Part shown: piece by piece, positions 48,801 through 57,832 of the stretch
Layout: each line of letters opens with the position of its first letter
Numbering within the stretch: position 1 is the first letter of the stretch
Assembly: GCA_040766985.1 (NCBI GenBank)
Contig: JAXGPL010000009.1
Location: 56,963-120,962, forward strand
Length of the DNA stretch: 64,000 nt
Reading direction: 5' to 3'
Origin: Bacillota bacterium
Lineage (GTDB): Bacteria > Bacillota > Sulfobacillia > JAUYEG01
The notes under the pieces: model-generated
The model's database searches: none
Told to the model about the DNA's origin: nothing
The model's input: only the letters and a program-made list of their open reading frames with translations
Program-made: the position numbers and the translations under genes

Positions 48801-49320
48801 TGGATGCGACGGTCTTGACGGCCGCTGTTGCTGCGGCCTTGACGGCGCTGAGGTCTGTCTCATCGTCGATGCCGGCGGCGTAGTAAAACTCAACCCGGTC
48901 GCCGGCATGCAGCTCGATGAGGTTGAGGGCGCCGGCGGCGTTGTTGTAGCCGTCCTTGAAGACGTCGTTGACATAGGCGAACCACTTGCTGCCGCCCTTG
49001 ACGTAGCCATAGGTGCCAATATTGTCCAGCAGGAGTGCGCCGGATGCCCCGATGTTCTTGTCTGTCACATCAAAGGAGAACCCTCCGGCGACACCGGCCG
49101 CACGAAGGGCCCCAAGCGGCGTCGCTTCGCTGACCTCGTACGAGGCTCCGGAGTTGTAGGCAGTCACGCTGAAGTTGCCGGTGGGGGACAGCACAACTGT
49201 GCCTTCGAAAAGCACATCGATTGTCATTGCACTCGCCTGCGCCGGCGACAACAAGACCGCTATCGCCAACAGCAGGGTAAACAGCTTTCTGCCGAATCCC
49301 TTTCGCGTAAGGTAGTTCAA
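45850..49320 (-). CDS. large S-layer-homology (SLH) surface protein with 4-5 tandem SO-family-like repeats, an X domain and 3 C-terminal SLH domains
   Basis: Sec signal peptide. Four ~150-aa repeats (WTLQLTG...WGGVPLWLL...DGWSATF...GDPL...WPLHLKGPEV...VGNIVKIEL and variants). Central X domain (TVDYLWMEANLPVVGDGVTKYRY...KYITKIEVF). Three SLH domains (IAGHWAQANIEELVSSRVVTGYPDGSFRPDATITRAEFATIL...). Confidence 0.8.
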   Translation of the reverse strand: MNYLTRKGFGRKLFTLLLAIAVLLSPAQASAMTIDVLFEGTVVLSPTGNFSVTAYNSGASYEVSEATPLGALRAAGVAGGFSFDVTDKNIGASGALLLDNIGTYGYVKGGSKWFAYVNDVFKDGYNNAAGALNLIELHAGDRVEFYYAAGIDDETDLSAVKAAATAAVKTVASTGTAPPAPTGDWTLQLTGAKASSVTRAYFEQGLACSASGHQVNWTDPEGNVWGGVPLWLLVGMVDDDPDAGSDHINFSDSLAAQDYKVNVIAGDGWSATFDSSAIARNAGYIVANTFNGDPLPEQTASGKDCWPLHLKGPEVLGGQQVGNIVKIELSDLPVPTEGWTLEMSGEIGDTLTQEEFESDLASSTSGFYREWTDKDGNVWSGVPLWVLVSVVDDIEPGSGWTFNQQLAADGYSVEVSAADGFTKTFTSADIAGSDDYIVANKVNGAPLTDAWPLRLVGSGVTKDDGSLGGSAVGQIAKIAIPELLTPPAGAGSWNLSLTGKITDVFAKAEFEAGLACPNSGHLLEWTDNDGNVWSGMPLWFLAGWVDDREPHSFSFTQAQAGYTVVVKAGDGYAKEFASADIANSSSYIVADKLNGQALTESGPLRLVGQGVIRPDGTFSGTSVGNIAEIELIEFETALPIPELHIVKYGADQTTVVEEKTVDYLWMEANLPVVGDGVTKYRYEGITSNPADVWDQAETYPGGFKIENAVKGTRVSDLCDLVGGMGSGTEIVFVADDGYETTLPYSSIYPDPAVQARQGDAILAWWGDGEYVPGYKDGMRLFFAPGGDHVYGQWDMHETLPEKYWHYYYADNVQYPSCAGLSAKYITKIEVFAVPVNDWTLKLDGQSVGGLKEDINKTYFEQALACQFGANHKASFTDSKGRVWEGMPLWFLAGFVDDADKHTDNAFNQQLASTGYLVAVTAADGYSVTISSRDIIRNSDYIVANTLNGAAIPESDSNWPLRLVGPSVSGSMSVSQIASIELIALPALNDIAGHWAQANIEELVSSRVVTGYPDGSFRPDATITRAEFATILVKALKLTAETGAVFADTADHWAKDSISVAAALGIVEGYGGNSFGPDDRITREQMATMIVRALDLDVVTGATGFADGDDISNWAVDAVATAAEAGILKGYPDNTVRPHGNATRAEALTALVNALDI

Positions 49321-49641
49321 CTACTCTTTCCTCCTTCAAACCTGTACTTCCAGTGGCTTGATCTCAGCCGCCGGCCGAGAGTCTCCGGGTCCCGACAACA
49401 ACGGGGCCCGCCGACGTCCCAAACCACGCCTCAAAGCCAAATTCGTTGGCCCAGCGTGGCATCTTCGTGAGAGAATCAATATGCTCCTGCAAGCATATCC
49501 GCGGGCGGACCCTGTGCGGCATAGAGACCGGTTGGGGTGGGGGGGGTAGGCCTTCAGTCTGGCCTTGGCGCGGCGAGGGTTCCGAGAGCGCGGGGCGGCT
49601 CGCGCTTTCCCGGGCCGCCCCGCGGATGCCTTTGAGTAACC

Positions 49642-50139
49642 TCAGTGGTTCTGGGCGTCGGCTTTCGTGAGGTGGACTGTACCCCGCGGATGCTCAGGGG
49701 GTGCGTAGATCACGTAGACCCTGAGTGGTTTCGAGCCTATGTTGATCACGTTGTGCCACTTGCCGGCCGGTATGAAGATTGCGTAGTCATCGGAGGCCCC
49801 GGCCTGATAGGTCAGCGCGTCCGGGCTGTCGCCCATCAGAACAACCGCCTGGCCCTCCTCGACTCGTATGAACTGATCGCCGTCCGGGTGCACTTCGAGA
49901 CCAATGTCGTCCCCGACGTCGATGCTCATCACGGTAAGCTGCAGGTGTTCTCCCGTCCACAAAGCCACACGGAAGGCTGGGTTGTCAGTTGTTGCCTCCT
50001 CGATGTTGATGACAAATGGGTGCGGCCCGTAGTCCGTCAGCCCTGGGGGGACCAGCGGGCAGGGTTTGTGGGAATACGGCGGACACTTGGCTGCCGGGCC
50101 GGCTGAGTAATACGGATTCCCGGGGTAAGCGTTGTACAT
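49642..50139 (-). CDS. cupin-domain protein with Tyr/Pro-rich N-terminus (spore-coat-like?)
   Basis: MYNAYPGNPYYSAGPAAKCPPYSHKPCPLVPPG low-complexity N-terminus followed by a cupin barrel (HLQLTVMSIDVGDDIGLEVHPDGDQFIRVEEGQAVV). Confidence 0.6.
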   Translation of the reverse strand: MYNAYPGNPYYSAGPAAKCPPYSHKPCPLVPPGLTDYGPHPFVINIEEATTDNPAFRVALWTGEHLQLTVMSIDVGDDIGLEVHPDGDQFIRVEEGQAVVLMGDSPDALTYQAGASDDYAIFIPAGKWHNVINIGSKPLRVYVIYAPPEHPRGTVHLTKADAQNH

Positions 50140-50209
50140 CTATCTCCATCCTTTCGCGGGTTGTTGCTGCATTCTACGTTCAGTCCCGCGAAGGGTGAAT
50201 AGCTGGGGG

Positions 50210-51286
50210 TTAGGTGCTAGCCATAGCGGCATCCTCGGCTGCCTGGATGGCTTGGATCACATCCGCTGAGAACCGGGAATTGTCTCCTCGCGCGGCTATC
50301 TCGCTATAGGCCTGCAGGAACCGCGCGGGGGAGCGGAGTAGCTCCACCAGCCCTTCCTCTCCTCGTTCCGCGGCTATCCGCCTGCACATGTCCACGCCGA
50401 GGATGTAGATCGCCGGCAGGTGCCGGCCTTCGTATGCTCCGAGAAATCGTGCGGGAAGGGTCTTCATCCCCTCGGAAACCTCAAGACGTCCCCCGATGAG
50501 GTCGCAAAGGCCGTTCTCCAGGTCCCGGTAGTGCATCGGGAGGTCCTGGACTGTCTTCTCCCATCTCTTGGGGTCCGCCATGGGGGCGTCATAGGGGGTG
50601 AAGAACATCGTGGCTGAGCCCTCCCCGGATACGGCCCCGACAAGGGCCAGGGCCAATTCTCCCGGTGTGCTGGGCGTCCTGTCCGAGGAGTAAGGCTCGG
50701 GGAGGACGGAGGCGAGCCCGATGTGATGGAGTTCATGTTTGAGCACGTTCTCGACAGGCATGCCGGTACACACCGGCCGTCCGCCTGCCAGCTTGAGAGG
50801 CCAGAAGCTGATGACCACGTCTCGCTTGAAGGCGTAGGCGTCAGTATGGGTTTCAGCGAGGAAATAGGCCGTGCTGTCAATGCTTGCGCCCGTGGGCAGG
50901 CGATTCAGAACTTCTTGCTCCAGGGTACCAGGTTGGAGTCTCCCGACGGCCTCGTAGACCTCACAGTGCCGGGGCAGGTCTTGCCGGGCTTGCTCCAGGG
51001 CCGTAACGAAACGACTGAAGAAGCGATGCCCTTCCCAGGCCCGCCCTTCGGAGTAATCATCAAGGCAGCGCTCGAGTTCCTCCGTCGTCAGCCCCTCAGC
51101 GTCCGAATCCTTGCCGCCGAACTGGCGGATGATCGCCCGCGTCCGCTCAAGGAGAAAGACGTAACCTGGATCGAACGCGATCTCCCGGATTGCCTCCCGC
51201 GAGAGTCTCCGCCCCGACCCAAGCGTGTGTAGGTAGTCAAGGACAAGCCCGGTACCACGGTGGTCGATTCTCAGCAAGGCCCACAT
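50210..51286 (-). CDS. hypothetical protein with HExxH motif (putative zinc-dependent hydrolase)
   Basis: 358 aa, LKHELHHIGLASV. No other recognisable domain. Confidence 0.45.
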   Translation of the reverse strand: MWALLRIDHRGTGLVLDYLHTLGSGRRLSREAIREIAFDPGYVFLLERTRAIIRQFGGKDSDAEGLTTEELERCLDDYSEGRAWEGHRFFSRFVTALEQARQDLPRHCEVYEAVGRLQPGTLEQEVLNRLPTGASIDSTAYFLAETHTDAYAFKRDVVISFWPLKLAGGRPVCTGMPVENVLKHELHHIGLASVLPEPYSSDRTPSTPGELALALVGAVSGEGSATMFFTPYDAPMADPKRWEKTVQDLPMHYRDLENGLCDLIGGRLEVSEGMKTLPARFLGAYEGRHLPAIYILGVDMCRRIAAERGEEGLVELLRSPARFLQAYSEIAARGDNSRFSADVIQAIQAAEDAAMAST

Positions 51287-51448
51287 CCTCCAAGACTAGC
51301 GTGTTGTTGGCTAACAGGAGATGTTTACTGCCCGACAGGGCAAGGTCCCTACAGTGCGGCTGGGACCGAGTGCCGCTGGGACATGGTTGCTCCGCCTCGT
51401 GGCCGCTTTGCTATAATCATCTTGAATGAAATCGTGGGGGCACCGGAT

Positions 51449-51970
51449 ATGAAAAGGTACCTCGGTCTGATTCTGGCGATTGTGCTGTTTATCACCATTC
51501 ATGAAGGCATGCATGCCTTGATGGCCCTGGCGTTCGACGAGTACCAGGCTTTCCGGGTCCGTCCATATGGCTACGAGGTCATCTTCAAGACCCCGGTCGC
51601 GGAGCGGGTCGGCGTCAAATGGGGTTACATTTCCGGCGTGAGCAACCTGGTCACGCTGCTGTTGGGCTATCTGTTCTTTGCGTGCAGGCATGCCTTCTCG
51701 CGTGCCAAGAACCGGTTCATCAGTAGCTCCGGGTACTGGCTGGCCTTCATCTTTATGTTGTTTGACCCACTTAACCTGTCGCTGATGCCGTTCGTCTTCG
51801 GTGGGGATATCAGTGGCATTGTCGCAGGCTTCGGTATCAACAGGTACGTGGTCCAGGCGATCGCCTTCCTGTTGCTGCTGGTTAACCGTGAGCTGATCAT
51901 CCACCGGCTCTTCCCGGCGTTCGGCGTTACGACCAAACACCCTCTGTTCCAGCCCGTCGTCAGGGGCTAG
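51449..51970 (+). CDS. membrane protein with HExxH in first TM (DUF3267-like putative zincin peptidase)
   Basis: MKRYLGLILAIVLFITIHEGMHALMALAF, 4 TM, 174 aa. The ORF-track start at 51260 is an extension. Confidence 0.5.
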   Translation: MKRYLGLILAIVLFITIHEGMHALMALAFDEYQAFRVRPYGYEVIFKTPVAERVGVKWGYISGVSNLVTLLLGYLFFACRHAFSRAKNRFISSSGYWLAFIFMLFDPLNLSLMPFVFGGDISGIVAGFGINRYVVQAIAFLLLLVNRELIIHRLFPAFGVTTKHPLFQPVVRG

Positions 51971-52088
51971 TTGCCGTGGCCAGCTCCATCTCCCTCTCTG
52001 GCGTGCATTCTTCTGCCATAAAGAAGGGGAGCCGCCGGCTTTGGGCGGCTCCCTTCTGCTTCGAGGCACCGTGTATACGGCTGCATGG

Positions 52089-55000
52089 TCAGGGTATCAG
52101 CCGGACCTCGAACTGCTCTACCTGACCGGTCTCGTTGCTTGTGATGCAAATCCGGTACACACCAGGGTCAAGCTTCTTGGTGGACCAGTTGAACACCCAC
52201 ATGAGTTCCTTGGCTTCATACCTGAGACCTGTCTTGCCAGGCGTGGCTACGGGGCGGAGTTCGGGCCCCCCAACCAAGCTGATGGTGATCGCCGGATTGG
52301 CCGTTGAGCTAGGTACGACTGCGCCCTGGAAGTCGGTGTACCGCCATCTCAGCGGTAATACCGCCCCAACCTTGGACACTCCCTCCGCGTTGTCGAAGGG
52401 GGCCAGGAGGCCTGTCATCCCGTAGTGGATCGAAAGACTGTCTCCGCCGTATTGGAGATCGTAGTCGGCCGGCAACGCGAGCGTTCCCAGCCGGATAGCG
52501 TAGATACCAGGTTTTTCGCCCGGATCCCTTGCCAATGTACCGGTGAAGTCGTCTCCGGTGACCAAGCTTCCCGATGCGACCCTGTAGGTCAGGATCGGGT
52601 CGTCCTCACCGTACAGCTTGGTCTGGGCGTCCGCGACGACCACGACCTGCCGGTGCATGATCGTTAACTGTGCTGCCACGTAGGTGAGTTTGTAGTTTGC
52701 GCTCAGAGCCAGGCTGCCCTGGCGGATTTCGTAGCGCCCGACGGCCTCGCCGGTTTCCCGGGTCAAGGTGCCCGTGAATCCGTCTGAGAACGAGAGGCTG
52801 CCGTCCGCTATATGGTAGGTAAGGTCGGGGTCTGACTGGCCGTAGATCTTGGTCTTCGCGTCCGCGGTAACGGTGACGGGCCTGGGAACGATGCTAAGGG
52901 CCGCAGGCTCGAACCGCAGATCGTAGTTGCTGTTGATGTCAATGTCGCCCCGCGCGATGCAGTAGGTGCCCACATCTTCGCCGCCTTCGCGGCTTGGGCT
53001 GCCACTGATCACGTCCCCGGGCACCACACTGCCCGAGGTGATCTGATAGGTCAAGGGCGGGTCGTCCTCGCCGTAGGTCTTCGTCTTTGGTTCGGCGGCA
53101 ATGCAGATGGACCTCGGCGTAATGGTGAAGTCTGCCGGCACATAGGTGACGGCATAGTTGTCGCCGAGGGTCAGAGTGCCCTGCAGGATCTCGTAGACGC
53201 CCACGTTCACGCCGGCCTCACGGCTCAGCGCCCCTGTGAACGTGTCCGCAAAGGCTATGCTGCCGGCCGTGATCCGGTACGTGAATTCCGGATCGCTATC
53301 GCCGTAGATCTTGGATAGCCCGGGATCTGCGGCCACCGTAACCGGCCTGGCTGTGATCGTGAGGGCCGCCGGTACGTAGGTCAACGTGTAGTGGTCGCCA
53401 AGGGCCAGGGTCCCCTGGTTGATCGAGTAACTGCCGGCATCTTCGCCCGCCTCGCGAGCGAGCTCCCCAGTCAAGTCGGCGGGCGAAACCAGGCTACCCC
53501 CTATGATCTGATAGGTAAGGGCCGGGTCGCTGTCGCCGTAGGTCTTGCTCTTGGCGTCGGCGGCAACGGTGACGACCCGCCGGGCAATGGTCAGGGTGCC
53601 CGGGACGTAGCTCAGCTGGTAGTTGGGGCCAAGCGCAACGCTGCCTTGGCCGATCGTGTATTCACCCGGCGCCTCACCCTCCTCGCGGGCGAGCGCCCCC
53701 GTAAAGGCGTCCGCGAACGCGAGGTTTCCGGACATAACCTGATACGTCAGGTCGGGGTCGCTGTCGCCGTAGGCTTTGATTTTGGAGTCGGCCGCAATGG
53801 TCACCGGCCGTGGCGAGATCGTCAGACTTGCCGGGGCATAGCTCAGCGTGTAGTTGGCGCTGAGAGCCAGGCTGCCCTGTGAAATCGGGTAGGTACCTAC
53901 TGCTTCGCCTGCGGCACGGCCGAGAGCGCCGCTGAATCCGTCGGTGAACGCCAGGCTACCCGACGTGATCGTGTATGTCAGAGGCGGATCGAGGTCGCCG
54001 TACGTCTTGCCCGCCGCGTCGGCGGAGACCGTGACCGGTTTCGGCGAGATGGTCAGGTTGGCCGACACGAAGGTAATCGCGTAGTTGTCGTCAATTGCGA
54101 CTGTGCCCTGCTGGATCGAGTAACTGCCGGTACCTTCGCCGGCCGACCGGGTTAGGGCGCCGCTGAATCCGTCGGACGGCAACAGGCTTCCCGAGGCTAT
54201 GTGATAGGTGAACGGGGGGTCGGCATCCCCGTAGACCTTAGCCGCCGGGTCAGCCGCGATGGTTATCGACCGCAATGAAATCGTCAGATCGGCCCCCACA
54301 TAGCTAAGCGCGTAGTTGGAGCTGAGGGCAAGGTCGCCCTGCCTGATCGGATAGGTCCCCGCTGATTCGCCTGCATCCCGCGTCAATGCACCGGTAAACT
54401 CGTCCTGTGAAACCACGCTTCCCGACGTGATCCGATACGTTAGCGCCGGGTCAACCTCTCCGTAGTCCTTGGCCTTGGCGTCGGCGGTAACTGTAACCGG
54501 CCTCGGCGATACGGTCAGAATACCCGGCACGTAGGTCAGTCTGTAGTTGGAGTTGAGCGCTACCGTGCCCTGCTGGATCTCGTAGCTCCCGACGTTATCT
54601 CCGGGCTGGCGAATGAGGGTCCCCGTGAAGGTATCCGCCGACACGAGACTCCCGGAGGTGATCTGGTACGTCAGGGCCGGGTCGGGATCACCGTAAGCCT
54701 TGGCCTTCGCCTGGGCGGTGATCGTCACAGGCCGGGGCTCGATTGTCAGGTTGGCCGGAATGTATGTCAGGGCGTAGTTGTTGCCCGGCGAGACGTAAAA
54801 GTAGGTGTTGGATATCTGGTACTGGCCCAGCTCCTCGCCGGCGACCCTACGCAAGCTGATCCATATGCGGTCCGAGCCGACCAGATCTCCAGATGAGATC
54901 TGCCAGGTCAGGGCCGGGTCCGCATCTCCATAGGGCTTGTTCCTGCCGTCGGCGGCGACCGTCAGCGGCCGCTGCTCAACCGTCAGGTAGGCCGGGACAA

Positions 55001-56450
55001 ACGTGACGGCATAGTTGTCACCCAGGGTCAAGGTTCCCTGCCCGATGGTATAGCTACCGGTGTTCTCCCCAGCGGCCCGGGCCATCGCGCCCGAGAACGC
55101 GTCACCTTCAAGCAGGCTGCCCGACGTGAGTTGGTACGTGAGTTCGGGGTCGGGCTCGCCGTAGACCTTGGATTTTGCATCCGCGGTAACGGTCACCGGA
55201 CGGCGGTTGATCGTCAGCCATCCGTCGGCATAGGTGACGGAGTAGTTGGCTGCCGCCAGGTCACCCGAAAGACCAATCCGATATGTGCCGGCGTCGAAGG
55301 CAGCGACGGCGTCGCCGCTGTACGTGACCGACCCAGAGAGGACGCCGCCGTCCTCGCCAGTGATAAACCCTGAGCATCCGAACTCAAAGCCATCGTACGG
55401 GAATACCTGACCATCGTAGAGCTTGCTCCTGTCAAGCGCGGCAACGGTCAGGGCTTTGCGGTTCACGGTCAGCCTTGCAGGGCTGCTTGCTGCCGGATCA
55501 CCGAAGCCATTGTCAAAGATACACCGGTAGAGATACCCGTCCCAAGCGACGGGCGGCCGGGTGATCGTCATCCGGGTTGACGTCTCCCCGGCGACGTCGG
55601 CCCAGGTCAGGCCATCGTCGGCGCTAACCTGCCACTGTATCGCGGGCCAAGGTGCGACAACGCCGTTGACCGCCGCGTAGAACTGGGCGTCCTGGCCATA
55701 GGTGACCGTCTGATCAACCGGGTTGACTACGACGACAGGTGCTGAAACGCCCTCGGGGTGGACCGCGATCATCTCCGCCAACCAGTAGTCGCCTGAACCC
55801 GTGGCGATCCGGCTTCCCGTCAGGCCTCCTATCCGCTCTTGCGTGGAGGCCAAGATACCCATCTGGGGCATGTGTGCGTAGTAGTGGTATCGCACGGTCA
55901 TGCCGGCGTCGGTGGGGGCCATCGAGGTCCCATACTTCATGGCGTAGACTGCCTGAATCACTGTGCCGGCAGGGACATTGATGTCGGGAGCGAGCATTTC
56001 GCCCCCGGCCCCCATGTTGATCGAGGAGCCGTACGCGTCATGGGCGCCTGTATATCGGATGATCGCCCCACACCAATCCAGAAATCCTGTTTCATAGCCG
56101 GTTGCCGAAAACATATACTGGCTAGGCTCGTCGGGTCCGGCGCGCCTTACGAAAGTCGCCATCTCATGCAGGTCCAGATACCTGGACACGCTTAGCCGAC
56201 GCCAGCCGTTGGGTGTGTCAATCCAGGGACTTGAGTAGTCGAGACGATACACTATCTGGGCAACCAGCAGGTCGCCTTCCACCGTGTTGGCCGGTTTGGC
56301 CAGCCAGAACTGGCTGGAGTTGCGCACTTGGGAAGCGGTGACGTCGCCCGGCCCGGACCACACCGTCGGAGCCGCCTCCGCCGCAACGGTGACTCCTAGC
56401 AGTACCAATGACAGAATGGACGCAATCAACAAGGTTCTTCGCATCGGCAT
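52089..56450 (-). CDS. giant secreted protein with ~12 tandem MBG (YGX-type) repeat domains and Ig-like N-terminal region
   Basis: Signal peptide MPMRRTLLIASILSLVLLGVTVAAEA. Repeats fit the MBG-domain pattern (K.YGD.DP.LTYQ..SGSL..D.F.G.L.R.AGE.VG.Y.I.QG.LAL..NY.L.Y.PA.LTI) about 12 times. 1453 aa. Confidence 0.8.
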   Translation of the reverse strand: MPMRRTLLIASILSLVLLGVTVAAEAAPTVWSGPGDVTASQVRNSSQFWLAKPANTVEGDLLVAQIVYRLDYSSPWIDTPNGWRRLSVSRYLDLHEMATFVRRAGPDEPSQYMFSATGYETGFLDWCGAIIRYTGAHDAYGSSINMGAGGEMLAPDINVPAGTVIQAVYAMKYGTSMAPTDAGMTVRYHYYAHMPQMGILASTQERIGGLTGSRIATGSGDYWLAEMIAVHPEGVSAPVVVVNPVDQTVTYGQDAQFYAAVNGVVAPWPAIQWQVSADDGLTWADVAGETSTRMTITRPPVAWDGYLYRCIFDNGFGDPAASSPARLTVNRKALTVAALDRSKLYDGQVFPYDGFEFGCSGFITGEDGGVLSGSVTYSGDAVAAFDAGTYRIGLSGDLAAANYSVTYADGWLTINRRPVTVTADAKSKVYGEPDPELTYQLTSGSLLEGDAFSGAMARAAGENTGSYTIGQGTLTLGDNYAVTFVPAYLTVEQRPLTVAADGRNKPYGDADPALTWQISSGDLVGSDRIWISLRRVAGEELGQYQISNTYFYVSPGNNYALTYIPANLTIEPRPVTITAQAKAKAYGDPDPALTYQITSGSLVSADTFTGTLIRQPGDNVGSYEIQQGTVALNSNYRLTYVPGILTVSPRPVTVTADAKAKDYGEVDPALTYRITSGSVVSQDEFTGALTRDAGESAGTYPIRQGDLALSSNYALSYVGADLTISLRSITIAADPAAKVYGDADPPFTYHIASGSLLPSDGFSGALTRSAGEGTGSYSIQQGTVAIDDNYAITFVSANLTISPKPVTVSADAAGKTYGDLDPPLTYTITSGSLAFTDGFSGALGRAAGEAVGTYPISQGSLALSANYTLSYAPASLTISPRPVTIAADSKIKAYGDSDPDLTYQVMSGNLAFADAFTGALAREEGEAPGEYTIGQGSVALGPNYQLSYVPGTLTIARRVVTVAADAKSKTYGDSDPALTYQIIGGSLVSPADLTGELAREAGEDAGSYSINQGTLALGDHYTLTYVPAALTITARPVTVAADPGLSKIYGDSDPEFTYRITAGSIAFADTFTGALSREAGVNVGVYEILQGTLTLGDNYAVTYVPADFTITPRSICIAAEPKTKTYGEDDPPLTYQITSGSVVPGDVISGSPSREGGEDVGTYCIARGDIDINSNYDLRFEPAALSIVPRPVTVTADAKTKIYGQSDPDLTYHIADGSLSFSDGFTGTLTRETGEAVGRYEIRQGSLALSANYKLTYVAAQLTIMHRQVVVVADAQTKLYGEDDPILTYRVASGSLVTGDDFTGTLARDPGEKPGIYAIRLGTLALPADYDLQYGGDSLSIHYGMTGLLAPFDNAEGVSKVGAVLPLRWRYTDFQGAVVPSSTANPAITISLVGGPELRPVATPGKTGLRYEAKELMWVFNWSTKKLDPGVYRICITSNETGQVEQFEVRLIP

Positions 56451-56616
56451 TTCCTCCGCCTGAGCCCGGTATCCGGCAAACCCACACTAACGGGCTCATC
56501 TAGTTGCCATACTTCGGAATCCAGTATTAAGAGTAGCGGAGCTTGGGGCGAACGATAACTATCGGAAGTGATAGTAGAGCGGCCACAAAGGTGACAGTCT
56601 GCTAGGGAGTCTCGGC

Positions 56617-57276
56617 CTAGCTGGCTTTTTCCCCAGTCGGCCGAATTAAACCGCAGCATGCACATCCGTCGCGGTCCGCGAAGAAGCGCTTGAGATTTGC
56701 AGGAAGTTCGAACTCCGTCGGCCGTTGTTCGCCCGGTCCCTGCTCAGGCGAGAAGACCTCCCTCAAGACCGCCTCGATGATCATCGCCTTCGGCGGAACG
56801 GAAGGATGCTGCCTCTGGCAGTATTGCTGCAGGTCATCGAGATACTGGTAGTCAATGATGGTTCCCAACCGGTCAAGTTCGACGCGACAACAGCCGAGGA
56901 GTTTGGCCTTGAGCTTCTTGCGGGCACGCTGGACGCGCGCTTTGGCGCCGGAGACTGAGAGGCCGCACCTGGCGGCATACTCGCGCTGGGTCATCCCGTC
57001 CTGTTCGACGAGTGTGATTGCCTCCCGATAAGGCGCGGGGAGTTCATCGATCATCGCCGCAAGACAGCCCGCAAGCCGCCGGCCCGCGTCTGCGTCCGGC
57101 TCATCCTCAGGTGAGGCCATATTGCTGTCCAGCACTTCCTGAAGGATGTCCTCAGCGTCCTCAAGGTTTCCGACACGGTGACGGATGAATGACCCAAGAG
57201 CGCGACGGAGGCTCTGCCAGATCTCGTCGGATTCCAGGATCAGCACCTCCATGTCGTCACGATCACGGCCTGCCAT
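56617..57276 (-). CDS. sigma-70 family (ECF-type) sigma factor with Cys-rich C-terminal extension
   Basis: Region 2 (ILQEVLD...) and region 4 (ITLVEQDGMTQREYAARCGLSVSGAKARVQRARKKL) then CCRVE...CACCG. Confidence 0.65.
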   Translation of the reverse strand: MAGRDRDDMEVLILESDEIWQSLRRALGSFIRHRVGNLEDAEDILQEVLDSNMASPEDEPDADAGRRLAGCLAAMIDELPAPYREAITLVEQDGMTQREYAARCGLSVSGAKARVQRARKKLKAKLLGCCRVELDRLGTIIDYQYLDDLQQYCQRQHPSVPPKAMIIEAVLREVFSPEQGPGEQRPTEFELPANLKRFFADRDGCACCGLIRPTGEKAS

Positions 57277-57412
57277 ATACAGGGCGCGGCTGCAACCAGT
57301 GTGCCTCCCTCGGACACGTTTGGATGATCCATCGCCTAGGTCAGCCTCCCAGCTCAGAGCAGATTGACAGCTCCGCGGCAGAGTGATACCTTGAGGGTCG
57401 AGGTGTATCTCT

Positions 57413-57793
57413 GTGACGAAGGATTACACGGCCAGCGGGTACTGGACCTCGATCCTCAATGCAAGTCTATGTAAGTTCTTCATCCTGCGGGCGCTCTGTG
57501 AGGGCCCGGCTCACGGATACGAGATTATCCGCCGCGTGGATACGATGACGAACGGTTTTTGCGTTCCCAACGAAGGTACCGTCTACCCCGTGCTCCGGGA
57601 GTTCGAGCAATGCGGATGTGCCACTTGTCACCAAGAAACCGTGAGCGGTCGAGTTCGCAAGGTCTACTCAGTTACGCGGAAGGGACAGGAGGCATACATG
57701 GCCGGCAGGGACATCTGGCAGAAGGGCTTGTGCTGTGTTGGCCAGGTAATCGAGGATCCTGAAATCCCAACAGGTCATCTTCCCGATTGCTAA
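57413..57793 (+). CDS. PadR family transcriptional regulator (Cys-containing)
   Basis: HGYEIIRRVD...EGTVYPVLREFEQ...RKVYSVTRKGQEA winged-helix pattern. Heads the ars-like island. Confidence 0.7.
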   Translation: MTKDYTASGYWTSILNASLCKFFILRALCEGPAHGYEIIRRVDTMTNGFCVPNEGTVYPVLREFEQCGCATCHQETVSGRVRKVYSVTRKGQEAYMAGRDIWQKGLCCVGQVIEDPEIPTGHLPDC

Positions 57794-57832
57794 GGAACCG
57801 AGGACCACGCATGGTGAAGGAGATCGTGAGTA

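Noticed and set aside
49321-49641. G-run (GGTGGGGGGGGTAGG) and GC hairpin (gcggggcggc...gccgccccgc) upstream of the SLH gene as possible G-quadruplex or riboswitch
   Set aside because: Single G-tract only. The hairpin is better explained as the terminator of the convergent or adjacent cupin gene. Insufficient evidence for a structured regulator.
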